From the NCBI GenBank assembly GCA_965116905.1, contig OZ220732.1, positions 384,001 to 448,000 of the forward strand: a stretch of DNA of 64,000 nt. The letters run 5' to 3'. The translations under genes and the position numbers were made by a program. Under the pieces are notes generated by a model. The model saw nothing but the letters and a program-made list of their open reading frames with translations, had not been told where the DNA came from and made no database searches. The DNA comes from Longimicrobiales bacterium. GTDB lineage: Bacteria; Gemmatimonadota; Gemmatimonadetes; Longimicrobiales; Gaopeijiaceae. The first letter of the stretch is position 1. Each line of letters starts with the position of its first letter. This document shows, piece by piece, positions 40,121-50,277 of this stretch.

Positions 40121-42168
40121 CGCACCCGCCCGAACCTCACATCCCGCGTCCGGCCATTCGACAGGTAGAACCCGATTACCAGCCCGTTGCGGTCGCGCTC
40201 GAAGGCGAACGACATGCCGCCGCCGGAGAAGTTGTCCTTCTCGCCGGGCATGAGCGTCGCGCTGTCCAGCCGGCGCTGATGCATGACCAGTTCGCCCTCT
40301 TCGACCGCGAACGTGTAGAACGTCTCGATCTCCTCGCTGAAGAACCGGCCCGCGAAGTCGGCCAGATCCTCCGCCCCCGGCTCCCACGCCTCGGCGTCGT
40401 CGGCCAGACGGGTTGCGCGCTGATCGCCACCGTTCCCGTGCAGCACCGCCGCTTCAACCGCTCCGTCCTCTCCGCGCACGAACGTGACCGACGCCGAGGT
40501 CCCGGGCAGACGGAACGTCGAGTCGGACACGGGCACCATTTCGATTCGTTCCTGTCCCGGCGGCTGCCCGTAGAGGGTGCTGCCATCCCGCGTGAAGGTG
40601 AAGATGATCGCCGGCGATGAGTCCAGCGCATAGCGGCCGGCGAATTCGTCGAAGTCCTCGGGGTCGTAGTCTTCCACGTCGAAGTCGTCGGTGGCTGCGG
40701 CGTCGGCCTCGTCGCCCTCCTCCTCCAACTCCATCGCATCCTTGAAAAACGCCTCGGCCAGCTCGAAGGCCGTGTCGCTGTCGAACTGCGCGTGGTTGCT
40801 CTGGGTGGTGATGCCCGCGTTGATCTCCGGGTAGTACACGAGCATCGAGCGGTGCGCCACGTCCGCGCCGCCGTGGTGAACACGCCGCAGTCCCCCCTGC
40901 TCGTCGATGAACAGACCGTAGCCGTACCCCGTCTCCTCCCCGTCGGTGAGCACGAACGAGGTCATCATCTTGTCGATGCTCCCGCGGGTGCCGACGCGGG
41001 GGCTGGCGTAGTTCTCGATCCAGATCTGCAGGTCCCCGATCGTGCTGTAGACCGACCCCGCCCCGACCGCACCGCCCAGGTCGCCGATCTGGCGGTAGCC
41101 GTCCCCGGTGGGCGTATAGCCCTCGGACATGTTGGGGACCATGTGGCGCGGCGAGGGGCGCACCATCGAGCCGGTCATGCCCAGCGGCCCGAAGACGTGC
41201 TCTTCCATGAAGACGTGGAAGTCCTGGCCCGAGGTGCGCTCGACGATGGTCGCCGCGAGCCCGAAGGCCGTGTTGTTGTAGTTCCACTCGGCGCCGGGGG
41301 CGTTCTGGAGCGCCGGCTGCCGCTGCACGATGTCGATGAGCTCCGAACGGTCGATCCAGTCGCCGCGGTCGAGACGGCGGCCCGTCATGCGCAGCAGGTT
41401 GAGGAACTCGCGCAGGCCGGACGTGTGGGTGACGAGGTGCCGAACCTGGATCGTTCCGTCGAATTCGGGGAGTTCGGGGATGTGGGTGCGGGTGTCGTCG
41501 TCGAGGGATAGCAGCCCGCGCTCGGCCTGCAGCATGATCGCGAAGGCGGTGAACTGCTTCGAGGTCGAGCCGATGTTGGTGCGCGTGTCGGGGCCGAAGG
41601 GGATCCCGTAGGTGAGGTTGGCCGTGCCGTAGGTCTGCGAGTAGATGGTCTCGCCGTCCCGCCACACCCGGACCGCCGCGCCCGGCGACTCGGGGCCGTC
41701 GAAGCGCGCCATCATCTGGTCGGCGAGCTCTTTCGGGTCGGTGGCTATGGGTTCGTGGCGCAGCAGGGTGATCTCGTAGCTGCCGGCGGCGGCATCCTCG
41801 TCCTCCTCGTCCCCCGCGACAACCAGCTCGACCGTGTGCGTGCCCGCGCTCCCGGTGCGGGCGCTGAAGCGCTCGGGGCCGCGCCCGAGCCCGCCGAACT
41901 GCCCGATCCGCTCCCCGGCCGGGTCGAGAATGCGAATGTCCACGTCAACCGAGATCTGGTCCACTTCGCCCAGGAAGAACTCGTTCTCGTCGGCGTCGAT
42001 CGTGTAGCGGACCGTTTGTCCGTGGGAGAGAGCGCCCGCCACCATGCTGCCCGGCCGCAGTTCCGTGGTTTGTCCCCACGCCTGACAGCCTGCGATAAGG
42101 ATCGGGACTGCGGCACAGAGGGTGGACCGCACGTGGCGGCCGGGGCGGCGGCGGGTGACCGGCTTCAT
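40117..42168 (-). CDS. Exported serine hydrolase (beta-lactamase class C-like) with N-terminal PPC-like and C-terminal DUF3471-like domains
   Basis: STSK (SxxK), YNN, HGG and THTSGL; LIAGC. Confidence 0.85.
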   Translation of the reverse strand: MKPVTRRRPGRHVRSTLCAAVPILIAGCQAWGQTTELRPGSMVAGALSHGQTVRYTIDADENEFFLGEVDQISVDVDIRILDPAGERIGQFGGLGRGPERFSARTGSAGTHTVELVVAGDEEDEDAAAGSYEITLLRHEPIATDPKELADQMMARFDGPESPGAAVRVWRDGETIYSQTYGTANLTYGIPFGPDTRTNIGSTSKQFTAFAIMLQAERGLLSLDDDTRTHIPELPEFDGTIQVRHLVTHTSGLREFLNLLRMTGRRLDRGDWIDRSELIDIVQRQPALQNAPGAEWNYNNTAFGLAATIVERTSGQDFHVFMEEHVFGPLGMTGSMVRPSPRHMVPNMSEGYTPTGDGYRQIGDLGGAVGAGSVYSTIGDLQIWIENYASPRVGTRGSIDKMMTSFVLTDGEETGYGYGLFIDEQGGLRRVHHGGADVAHRSMLVYYPEINAGITTQSNHAQFDSDTAFELAEAFFKDAMELEEEGDEADAAATDDFDVEDYDPEDFDEFAGRYALDSSPAIIFTFTRDGSTLYGQPPGQERIEMVPVSDSTFRLPGTSASVTFVRGEDGAVEAAVLHGNGGDQRATRLADDAEAWEPGAEDLADFAGRFFSEEIETFYTFAVEEGELVMHQRRLDSATLMPGEKDNFSGGGMSFAFERDRNGLVIGFYLSNGRTRDVRFGRVR

Positions 42169-42351
42169 CGTGGAACTCCAATCGCTGAAAGTGACGAGGA
42201 CGACGCGGACAGGTTACGGCGGGATCGTGCAACCGGGCAAAGGGAAGGCCCCTGGCGGGGACACCGGTCCAGCACGATTCGACCGCCCGGCGTCGAGTTC
42301 GACTTCGCCGACGAGTTCGACTTCGCCGATGTTGCACCGTATTGATTGAGC

Positions 42352-43599
42352 ATGACCAGCACTCTCAGCCACCCCGGCCGCCTCCCCGAAAACGTCGCAC
42401 ACTTCGTACGCCTTCTGCGCGCCGCCGGGCTGCCTGTGGGACCCGGCCACACAATCACCGCCGCCCGGGCGCTCGCGGCCGTGGACATCACGAGCAAGCG
42501 ACAGTTCTTCTGGGCTCTCCACGGCACCCTCGTCTCGCGCCACGAGCACCACCACATCTTCGAGAGCGCGTTCCGGCTGTTCTGGCGCGACCCGTTCGGC
42601 GCGGACGAGGCATTGGCCGCACTGCTCTCGCGCTCGCAGATCCCGGCCGAGAAGCCGACGCGGAAGGCACCGGCCCGGCTGGCACCCGAGCACGAGGCGA
42701 CAAACCTGCCCGCCGGCGAGCTCGCGGGCGACCCGGTCGAGCAGTTTCCGTTGCGAATGGCGTTCTCGCCGGGCGAAGTCTCCCGCACCAAGGACTTCGA
42801 GGAGATGACTCCCGCCGAGGTACGGCAGGCCAGGGACGCGATGCGGAGACTCGAACTCGACCTGCGGCCGGTGCGCACACGCCGGCACCGTCCTGACCCG
42901 GAAGGACGCCTGATCGATTTGCGGCGCACCCTGCGGACGACCGTGCGCACTGGTGGCAATCCGTTGCCGCTCCAGCGCCGGTCAATGGCGACACGGCGCC
43001 CCGTCCTGGTGACGCTCTGTGACATTTCGGGGTCGATGGAGGCCTATTCGCGCATTCTGCTCCATTTCTTCCACGCGCTCACGAACGCCGGCGACCGCGT
43101 CCACACGTTCGTGTTCGGCACGCGGCTGACCAACATCACGCGACTCCTGAAGGACCGCGACGTGGACCGCGCGCTAGACCGCGTGGGAGGCACCGTCACC
43201 GACTGGTACGGGGGCACGCGGATCGGAGCCGCGCTGGGCGCATTCAACCTGCTCTGGTCCCGCCGGCTCCTCGCACAGGGGGCGGTGGTGCTGCTGGTGA
43301 CGGACGGACTGGATCGGGAGGGGGGGACGGGGATACGACTGCAGGCACGCCGCCTGCGCAAGTCGTGCCGAAGACTGATCTGGCTCAATCCCCTGCTGCG
43401 CTACCGGGACTTCGCCCCCAAGGCGGCCGGCATCCGTGCGCTTCTCCCGGAGGTGGACGAACATCGGCCCGTGCACAACCTCGACAGCCTGGAGCGCCTG
43501 GCCGACGCGCTGAGCGGCCGCAACCCACCGCGCCCGACCGCCGTCAGGCTGCCGGGAGCGAACGCCAGGGATGGAGTCGTTGAGGACGCTGCTGGGTGA
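42352..43599 (+). CDS. coxE: CoxE-like VWA domain protein
   Basis: MIDAS DISGSME, FGTRLTNIT, GGTRIG and WLNPLL. Confidence 0.9.
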   Translation: MTSTLSHPGRLPENVAHFVRLLRAAGLPVGPGHTITAARALAAVDITSKRQFFWALHGTLVSRHEHHHIFESAFRLFWRDPFGADEALAALLSRSQIPAEKPTRKAPARLAPEHEATNLPAGELAGDPVEQFPLRMAFSPGEVSRTKDFEEMTPAEVRQARDAMRRLELDLRPVRTRRHRPDPEGRLIDLRRTLRTTVRTGGNPLPLQRRSMATRRPVLVTLCDISGSMEAYSRILLHFFHALTNAGDRVHTFVFGTRLTNITRLLKDRDVDRALDRVGGTVTDWYGGTRIGAALGAFNLLWSRRLLAQGAVVLLVTDGLDREGGTGIRLQARRLRKSCRRLIWLNPLLRYRDFAPKAAGIRALLPEVDEHRPVHNLDSLERLADALSGRNPPRPTAVRLPGANARDGVVEDAAG

Positions 43600-44557
43600 A
43601 GACGATCAGCTCCTGTTTCTCGCGCCGCGGGAGCCGGTAGCGCGGGGGCGCGGGCCACGATACCATGGGCACCTCCGGCCCTGGTCCGGTTTCGCCATTC
43701 GCCTGCCCGGCGTGTGTCGCGGGAACGAATACCGGTGCGCCCGGCTCCGGGCCATCGGCAATCTCCGAGGCAGGCAGCGCAACGACCTCGGTGGCCCATT
43801 CCCTGAAGCGTCGAATGACCCGCTGCGAGTCCTGTCCGGCCACCGCCAGGGTGCAATCCAGGAAGCGCGCGCTGTATCGCTCCAGCGTGCGCCGGCGCAC
43901 ACCCAGTCTCCGGGCAACGGTGCTCCACCTGTTCAGCTGCCGCTCGCGCAGCGCCCACATGAGAGTCGCCCAGCTCAGGAATTCCTTCAGCGTGCATTGG
44001 ACTGGCGATTCCGTGTTCCAATAGCGCCGCAGAGCTCTCGGGTTCAGCTTCGCCTGCTCGGCCAAGGCGGTGACGCTTGTGACCGGCACCAGCGAATCGT
44101 CATCGGCATCGGTCCGGCAAACCCGTCGAATCACGTCCGCGAGCGAACGGTGCAGCGAACGGTGAGCCAGCATTCGTCGACCCAGGACGCTAACCGGATC
44201 CCTGTGCCACGGGTCGATTCGCGCGACCACGCGCATCAATCGCTCCTGCGCTTCCTCGGCCCAGACGATCTGGCGCTCGCTGTCGCCGGACGCGCGCATC
44301 CACTGCACCCAATCCAGGGACACCGGCACGATCAGCACAAACGAAGGACCCGCGGGTCCGCCTTGGGCGGACAAGGTCCGAAGCCACTGGATATCCTCGG
44401 GGGAATACTGCTCCAGGACCACGACAGCCACGCTCGCCCCGCCGAGCAGGGACTCCTGAAACGTCCTTCGACAGTCCGTCGCCGTGCAATCGACGCTTGC
44501 CAGCGCTTCCTTCAGTCGCCGCCTCGTCTTCCGCTTCCCACAATATAAGCCGACCAT
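43544..44557 (-). CDS. Putative AraC-like double-HTH transcriptional regulator
   Basis: SVTALAEQAKLNPRALRR and WSTVARRLGVRRRTLER HTH-like segments after a receiver-like N-terminus. Confidence 0.55.
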   Translation of the reverse strand: MVGLYCGKRKTRRRLKEALASVDCTATDCRRTFQESLLGGASVAVVVLEQYSPEDIQWLRTLSAQGGPAGPSFVLIVPVSLDWVQWMRASGDSERQIVWAEEAQERLMRVVARIDPWHRDPVSVLGRRMLAHRSLHRSLADVIRRVCRTDADDDSLVPVTSVTALAEQAKLNPRALRRYWNTESPVQCTLKEFLSWATLMWALRERQLNRWSTVARRLGVRRRTLERYSARFLDCTLAVAGQDSQRVIRRFREWATEVVALPASEIADGPEPGAPVFVPATHAGQANGETGPGPEVPMVSWPAPPRYRLPRREKQELIVFTQQRPQRLHPWRSLPAA

Positions 44558-44658
44558 CGCAGCAAAATAGGCGGGAGGCGCGCACGCGGCAATGACGCGG
44601 CAACCACGCGGACGTCAAGTGTTCCCGGACGTGATGACCGGCGCGGCGGCCCGCTCTT

Positions 44659-44729
44659 ACCGGCGCGGTGTCCCGTACTCACTGGCGCGGTGTCCCGTAC
44701 TCGCCTAAGATGCACTCGGATGCACTCGC
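44659..44729. repeat. Direct repeats in the divergent promoter region
   Basis: GGCGCGGTGTCCCGTACTC x2 (44662, 44684; period 22) and GATGCACTCG x2. Confidence 0.85.
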
Positions 44730-44751
44730 AACCGCATGAGGAGAGTTGAGT

Positions 44752-45921
44752 ATGAACACCAGGTTTTCTCGCCGTCACTTCATGGGCAGTGCCGCAGCGG
44801 CGCTGGGCGCCCTCGGCCTGCGGCCCGCCACCGCCCTCGGCGCCGGCATCCGGCCCCCGCCTCCGGGGATCGAGCCGCGCGATCCCTACGACGACCTCGC
44901 GAAGCTTTCTTCGAACGAGAATCCGTACGGCCCGTCGGAAAAGATGATGGCGTCCATGAACGCCGCCTGGAAGTATTCCAACCGGTACGGGTACCCCGAT
45001 GGCGACGTGCTCGAGAAGATCGCGGAACACCACGGTGTCGACACCCGCAACATCATCATGCATGCGGGGTCCGGAGAGACGCTGAAGGTCGCCGCGCTCG
45101 CGTTCCTGCGGCACGAAGAGAAGGTGGTCGGCGTCGAGCCCACGTACCTGACCGTGTACCGGGCCGCCTCGGGCGTGGACGCCGATGCGATCACCCGTCC
45201 GCTCCTTCCCGACCACACCCAGGACATCGACGACCTGATCCAGGTCACGAAGCGCAACTACCGCGACGTCGGCATGGTATACGTCTGCAACCCCAACAAC
45301 CCGACCGGCGTGGTCGTCCCCGATGCGGACATCCGGCGCCTCCTCGACAACATCCCCGAGGACATCCCAGTCCTGATCGACGAGGCGTACCATCACTTCG
45401 TGCAGGATCCGCGCTACGCGACCGCGGTTCCCTACATCAAGGAGGGGCGCAAAGTCCTCGTGACCCGCACCTTCTCCAAGATCTACGGCATGGCGGGCCT
45501 GCGCCTCGGCTACGGGATCGCCCCGCCCGAGATGATCGACGAGATGCGGACCTACACGACCGGCACGATCAACGCGCTCGTCAAATGGGGCGGCGTGGCC
45601 GCACTCGAAGACAACGAGTCCGAAGCCTGGGTCAGGGACACGACCATCGCGTTGCGCGAGGCCACGGCGAACGAGCTTAGCAACCAGGGCTTCGAGGTCA
45701 TCCCCTCCGAGACCAACTTCTTCATGGTGCACACCGGCCGGCCCGCCTCGGAGGTCCGCGCCGAGTTCCGCAAGCATGACGTTGCCGTGGGACGCGACTT
45801 CCCGCCGATGCTGGACTACCTGCGCGTTTCGATCGGCACGGAGGAAGAGATGAAGCGCTTCCTGACGGCCTGGAACCAGATCTTCCCGGACGGAATGACG
45901 GCAACGGGCAACAGTCGGTAG
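44752..45921 (+). CDS. HisC-like class I/II PLP aminotransferase with Tat signal
   Basis: FSRRHFMG; SNENPYG, CNPNNPTG, DEAY and TFSKIYGMAGLRLG. Confidence 0.88.
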   Translation: MNTRFSRRHFMGSAAAALGALGLRPATALGAGIRPPPPGIEPRDPYDDLAKLSSNENPYGPSEKMMASMNAAWKYSNRYGYPDGDVLEKIAEHHGVDTRNIIMHAGSGETLKVAALAFLRHEEKVVGVEPTYLTVYRAASGVDADAITRPLLPDHTQDIDDLIQVTKRNYRDVGMVYVCNPNNPTGVVVPDADIRRLLDNIPEDIPVLIDEAYHHFVQDPRYATAVPYIKEGRKVLVTRTFSKIYGMAGLRLGYGIAPPEMIDEMRTYTTGTINALVKWGGVAALEDNESEAWVRDTTIALREATANELSNQGFEVIPSETNFFMVHTGRPASEVRAEFRKHDVAVGRDFPPMLDYLRVSIGTEEEMKRFLTAWNQIFPDGMTATGNSR

Positions 45922-45926
45922 GCCGG

Positions 45927-46787
45927 TTGTCTCGGCCCGGTGTGGTCCTTGCCCTGGCGGCGGGGACCGTCGCTGGCCTGTGCGGGCCTGCCACGCGGGG
46001 CAACGCTCAGGAAGTCGCCTGTCCCACCGACCTCGAACTCCTCGTCGAGCGCCCCTATGCGGCGCGGGCGGGAATCGGGGTCGGGTCCACCGTGCTCGTC
46101 CGTGCCAGACCCGATGCAAGTCCGTGCTCGGCGCGGGTCGCGGGCATCCTTGAACTGGCGGCGGACCCGTCCCGGCTCATGGCCACGCGGCCGCGCGTCC
46201 TGCTTCACCTTGCCCATCTCCAGGCGCTGACAGGACGAACGGACGAGGTGGACTATTTCACCGTCCAGCTTCGACGCGGAGCCGATCCCGGTGTGGTCGC
46301 CGGCGAGCTGGAACCGCTCCTTGTCGGCACCCGGGTCCATCTCACGACCGAGGTCACCGATCGGGCCTCGGAGACCTTTCGCGTCGTGAGCCGATTCCAC
46401 GCGGCCATCGCGGGCATCACGCTGGTCGCAGGCGGGGTCTTTCTGGCGTGCATCATGGTCCTCAAGGTGCAGGAGCGGCGCGACGCCGTGGCCGCAGCAC
46501 GGCTGGCCGGCATCCCCCGCCGCATTCTGCTGGGGTGGACGGTCGCCGAAGCGGCGCTTCTGTCAGCCCTCGGCGGAGGGGCCGGGCTGGGTGTCGGCTT
46601 CGCGGGGTCGGCGGCGGTGAACGCGTACTATCAGCGCGCCTACGACACGACGCTGGTGTTCTCGGTCGTCACCGGCGAGATGGTCGTGCAAGCGCTCCTG
46701 CTCGCCGTGGTCCTCGGCATGGCCGCAGGGGTTGTCGCCGGCTTCCGAATGTTCGCATCCGACCCGCTCGAACAGCTGGGCGTGTAG
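45927..46787 (+). CDS. FtsX-domain ABC permease lacking the N-terminal half (own signal peptide)
   Basis: Signal peptide; distal half of periplasmic domain; VQERR....RLAG...EAALL.ALGG FtsX pattern. Confidence 0.8.
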   Translation: MSRPGVVLALAAGTVAGLCGPATRGNAQEVACPTDLELLVERPYAARAGIGVGSTVLVRARPDASPCSARVAGILELAADPSRLMATRPRVLLHLAHLQALTGRTDEVDYFTVQLRRGADPGVVAGELEPLLVGTRVHLTTEVTDRASETFRVVSRFHAAIAGITLVAGGVFLACIMVLKVQERRDAVAAARLAGIPRRILLGWTVAEAALLSALGGGAGLGVGFAGSAAVNAYYQRAYDTTLVFSVVTGEMVVQALLLAVVLGMAAGVVAGFRMFASDPLEQLGV

Positions 46788-46799
46788 TCGTCCACGGCC

Positions 46800-47993
46800 A
46801 TGATGCTCGCGCTCAATTCGATTCGTGAACTCCGGTACCGGCCGCTGCGAACCGCGCTCACCCTTGGCGGCGTGACCGTGGCCACCGCCATGCTCTCGGA
46901 CATGCTGATGCTCGGAGGCGGAATCCAGCGGAGTTTCGGCGAGGCGCTCGAGTCGGTCGGATACGAACTGCGCCTGTCCCCGAAGGGCACCTTGCCGTTC
47001 GACACGGAAGCCACGATCCGCGGGATCGGTGGACTTCGTGACACCGTGGAATCCGTTGCGGGAGTGGAAAGCCTGGTGCCGGTGCTGGCGCAGACGCTGA
47101 CCATCGTGGCCGGCGGCGGCGGACCGGCCGCGGCGGACGCCGGTCGGCAGACGCTGGCGCTGGGACTGGACACGGAAGAGGAAGGACTCTACACACTGCT
47201 CGCCGGCCGTCCGCCCGGCGCCGGGGAAATCCTGCTCGATCCCGCGATGGCCGCGCTCCTCGACGTGCGGTCCGGCGACCGCCTGAGCCTGGGTGTCAGC
47301 AGCCGGTTCGGCACCTGGGGCAGCGACGCGACCGCCGAAGTCTCCGGGACCGCCGAGTTCATCTTCGCCACCCGGCGAGACATGCCGGTCGCCCTTCCGC
47401 TGGCCGACCTGCAGACGATCTCGGGTCGCGTGGACCAGGCCTCGTTCGCCATGATCCGCGTGCGCGGGGGCCACGCTCCCGAGTCCGTTCGGGAGGCCAT
47501 CACGGCCGCGACCGACCGCGTCGAGGTCGTGACGCTGGCCGGCATCGCAGAGCAGGTCGACGAACGGCTTTCGTACTTCCGGCAGCTCTCGGCGATTCTC
47601 GCCAGCGTCAGCCTGCTGGTGGCCGCACTCCTCATCGGGACGATCAGCGCCGTGTCCGTGAGCGATCAGTTGGGGACCATCGCCGCTCTCCGCGCCATCG
47701 GCGTGTCGCGGCGAAGAATCGTCGGTGACCTGACGGCCGAGAGCGCGGTTCTGTGCGGCGTCGGCGGCGGGCTGGGAATCGGGCTCTCGATCGCGGTCGC
47801 GCACTACCTGGAGTCGATCCTGGCCGACTTCCCGGGGCTCCCCGTCGCCGTGCGCTTCTTCGTGCTGAGCCCTGGGAGCCTCGCTGCCGCGTACGGCCTC
47901 GTGGTCGCCGCAGGGGTCGTCGCGGGTCTGTTGCCCGCACTGCGCGCCACGCGGCTCGAGGTGACGACGCTCCTCCACCGGGAGGAACCGTGA
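46800..47993 (+). CDS. MacB/FtsX-type ABC permease (complete)
   Basis: RPLRTALTLGGV TM1; periplasmic domain; IAALRAIG..ES; PALRATRL. Confidence 0.9.
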   Translation: MMLALNSIRELRYRPLRTALTLGGVTVATAMLSDMLMLGGGIQRSFGEALESVGYELRLSPKGTLPFDTEATIRGIGGLRDTVESVAGVESLVPVLAQTLTIVAGGGGPAAADAGRQTLALGLDTEEEGLYTLLAGRPPGAGEILLDPAMAALLDVRSGDRLSLGVSSRFGTWGSDATAEVSGTAEFIFATRRDMPVALPLADLQTISGRVDQASFAMIRVRGGHAPESVREAITAATDRVEVVTLAGIAEQVDERLSYFRQLSAILASVSLLVAALLIGTISAVSVSDQLGTIAALRAIGVSRRRIVGDLTAESAVLCGVGGGLGIGLSIAVAHYLESILADFPGLPVAVRFFVLSPGSLAAAYGLVVAAGVVAGLLPALRATRLEVTTLLHREEP

Positions 47994-48685
47994 ACCGGGG
48001 AGCGGTCGTCGTCGTCCGCGACGCCACGCGTGACTATCGCCAGGGTCAGACGGTCGTGCGGGCGCTCCGGGGCATCTCGGTCACGGTGGACCAGGGTGAT
48101 TTCCTGGCGGTGACGGGCCCGAGCGGATCGGGCAAGTCGACCCTGCTGCACCTGCTCGGAGGCGTGGATGTCGCCACGGCGGGCGAGGTGCGCTTTCTGG
48201 GCCGGGATCTGGCAAAGATGACGGTGGAGGCGCGTGCCGCGCTGCGCCTCCGCGAAGTCGGCCTCGTGTTCCAGCGCTTCCACCTGCTGCCCATGCTCAC
48301 CGCGCTCGAGAACGTGGAGTTGCCGTTGGCCGCGGCGCGAGTGCCGCGCCGGGAGCGTCGCGACCGCGCTGCCGCGGTGCTCACACGCGTGGGGCTCGCG
48401 GATCGTCTGCGCCATCGTCCCGCCGCGCTTTCCGGTGGGCAACGGCAGCGCGTCGCCATCGCCCGCGCTCTCGTCAACCGACCCGCACTGGTCCTCGCGG
48501 ACGAACCCACAGGCGAACTCGACCGCGCGGCCTCGCGCCGCGTGCTGGACCTCTTCCGCGACCTCAACGCCGCCGGAACGACCCTCGTGGTCGCCACCCA
48601 CGACCTGGAATTCGCGGCGGGCGCGCGCCGCCGGATCGAGGTCGTCGATGGGCGGATCGCCCGGAACTCCGCGGACTCCCGATGA
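47990..48685 (+). CDS. ABC ATP-binding protein (LolD/MacB-type)
   Basis: GPSGSGKST, LSGGQRQRVAIARAL, ADEPTG and THD. Confidence 0.95.
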   Translation: MNRGAVVVVRDATRDYRQGQTVVRALRGISVTVDQGDFLAVTGPSGSGKSTLLHLLGGVDVATAGEVRFLGRDLAKMTVEARAALRLREVGLVFQRFHLLPMLTALENVELPLAAARVPRRERRDRAAAVLTRVGLADRLRHRPAALSGGQRQRVAIARALVNRPALVLADEPTGELDRAASRRVLDLFRDLNAAGTTLVVATHDLEFAAGARRRIEVVDGRIARNSADSR

Positions 48686-50151
48686 TCGCGCGTCTCGTCC
48701 GGGCCTCCTTCCTGCAGCGCCCCGGGCGCAGTCTCCTGCTGCTGGCCGGCTACGCGCTCGGCGTCGGCGTCACGATCGTCCTGCTCTCGGTGGGCGGCGC
48801 GCTCGAGGACCAGGCGAGGGACAGGGAACTCGTGGGCGGCGGCGACCTGGTCGTCCTCCCGGCGGGCATCGACCTGGAGACGCTCAAGACCGGAGGCGTC
48901 AGCTCGATGTATTTCACCATCGAGCAGGCTTCCCTGCTGTATCGGGACGTGCTGAGCACCCGCTTCAAGGATCGGGTCGACGCTGCCGTCCCCTGGATCA
49001 TGGACGAGCTGCTCTACCTCGAAGCGGACACGGGAGTGGTGGCGCTTTCCGCCGGGGCCACGATCCCGGGGCTCGCGGAGCAGCTCTCGGTGTCGCCCGA
49101 GCTGCTCGAGGGCACCTGGCGCGACCTCGATGACGGTCTCAGCTGGCGGAGTCCGTCCGACGCCGAGCTCTACCGTTCGCTGGACGCGCTGCACGTGCCG
49201 CGGGGCGCGGCCGCGTCCGACTCGACATGGGCCGAGTGGCACTACTTCAACGTCCTGATCCCGGACGCGGGATGGCTCTACCTGACCTACATGGTCGCCG
49301 GCGAGGTTCCCGACGGCCGCTGGGGTGGCCGCCTGCTCGCGACCCGCGTCGAGCCGGGGACCGCGGAACGCGCGTATCTCGAGACGGTGCCGGCGTCCGA
49401 GGTCCGCTTTACGGAGGGGGAGCCCGACCTCTCGATCGGGCGCTCCAGCGTCGCGGTCCAGGACGACGGCAGCTATCGCCTTCATGCCCGTATTCCCTCC
49501 GAGACCGGTGGGGCGCCGCTTGGGGTCGACCTGACCGTCACGGCCCGTTCGCGCCGGTATCTCCCGCCGGTCGATATCGGCACGGAGCAGATCGTGTCCG
49601 GCTACACCGTCCCGCTGCTCGATGCGGCGGCAACCGGCCAGGTGTGCGAGGGTACCCGGTGCCGGTCGCTCGACAGCGCCCGTGCCTACCATGACCACAA
49701 CTGGGGCACATGGTCGGGTGTGACCTGGGACTGGGGTCAAGCGTACCTGGGCGACTATTCGGTGCTGTATGGAGGCGTCGCCTCTTCGGACGCCCCCGGG
49801 CCCGCCGCGGACGAACCGCCGGATGAATCCAGCGGGCCACGCATTCTCTACCTGGCGGACGACAACGGCTTCGCGGGCATCCTGCCGATTCGCCAGCTCC
49901 GCGTCGAGCGTCCGGGCGGCGACAGGCGGACCGCCCCCGAATCGATCGCGATACTGGCGACGAACGGGGCCGATTCCCTCGCGCTCGAGATCACAATCGT
50001 GCACGCGCGCTCCACGCAGGTTCCGGTCGCTGCAAGCACCCTGGATCCCCTCTTCTTCCAGATGCGTGGAACGGCCGTGCTGTCCGGCCGCTTGCGCGGC
50101 TCGCCGATTCTCGAATCGGGAGACGGGTTCTTCGAGACCTGGACCCGCTGA
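48682..50151 (+). CDS. Fusion of an ABC-permease N-terminus with an AttH/CrtC-like lipocalin-fold domain
   Basis: RPGRSLLLLAGYALGV TM1; later WAEWHYFN, AYHDHNWG and WDWGQ. Confidence 0.7.
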   Translation: MIARLVRASFLQRPGRSLLLLAGYALGVGVTIVLLSVGGALEDQARDRELVGGGDLVVLPAGIDLETLKTGGVSSMYFTIEQASLLYRDVLSTRFKDRVDAAVPWIMDELLYLEADTGVVALSAGATIPGLAEQLSVSPELLEGTWRDLDDGLSWRSPSDAELYRSLDALHVPRGAAASDSTWAEWHYFNVLIPDAGWLYLTYMVAGEVPDGRWGGRLLATRVEPGTAERAYLETVPASEVRFTEGEPDLSIGRSSVAVQDDGSYRLHARIPSETGGAPLGVDLTVTARSRRYLPPVDIGTEQIVSGYTVPLLDAAATGQVCEGTRCRSLDSARAYHDHNWGTWSGVTWDWGQAYLGDYSVLYGGVASSDAPGPAADEPPDESSGPRILYLADDNGFAGILPIRQLRVERPGGDRRTAPESIAILATNGADSLALEITIVHARSTQVPVAASTLDPLFFQMRGTAVLSGRLRGSPILESGDGFFETWTR

Positions 50152-50277
50152 TTCACCCGCCCGGCGGTCTGGCGCCGTCACGGGCGCCGGGGCGCGGGTC
50201 CGCAATGCTTGGCGACGTGTGCCGATATGCCCGATATTCCCGGTCCGCACTCCCGACGCCCCCTGTCCCGCCAGCCC

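Noticed and set aside
44659..44702. Possible mini-CRISPR
   Set aside because: Only two copies separated by 3 nt; no spacers and no cas genes.
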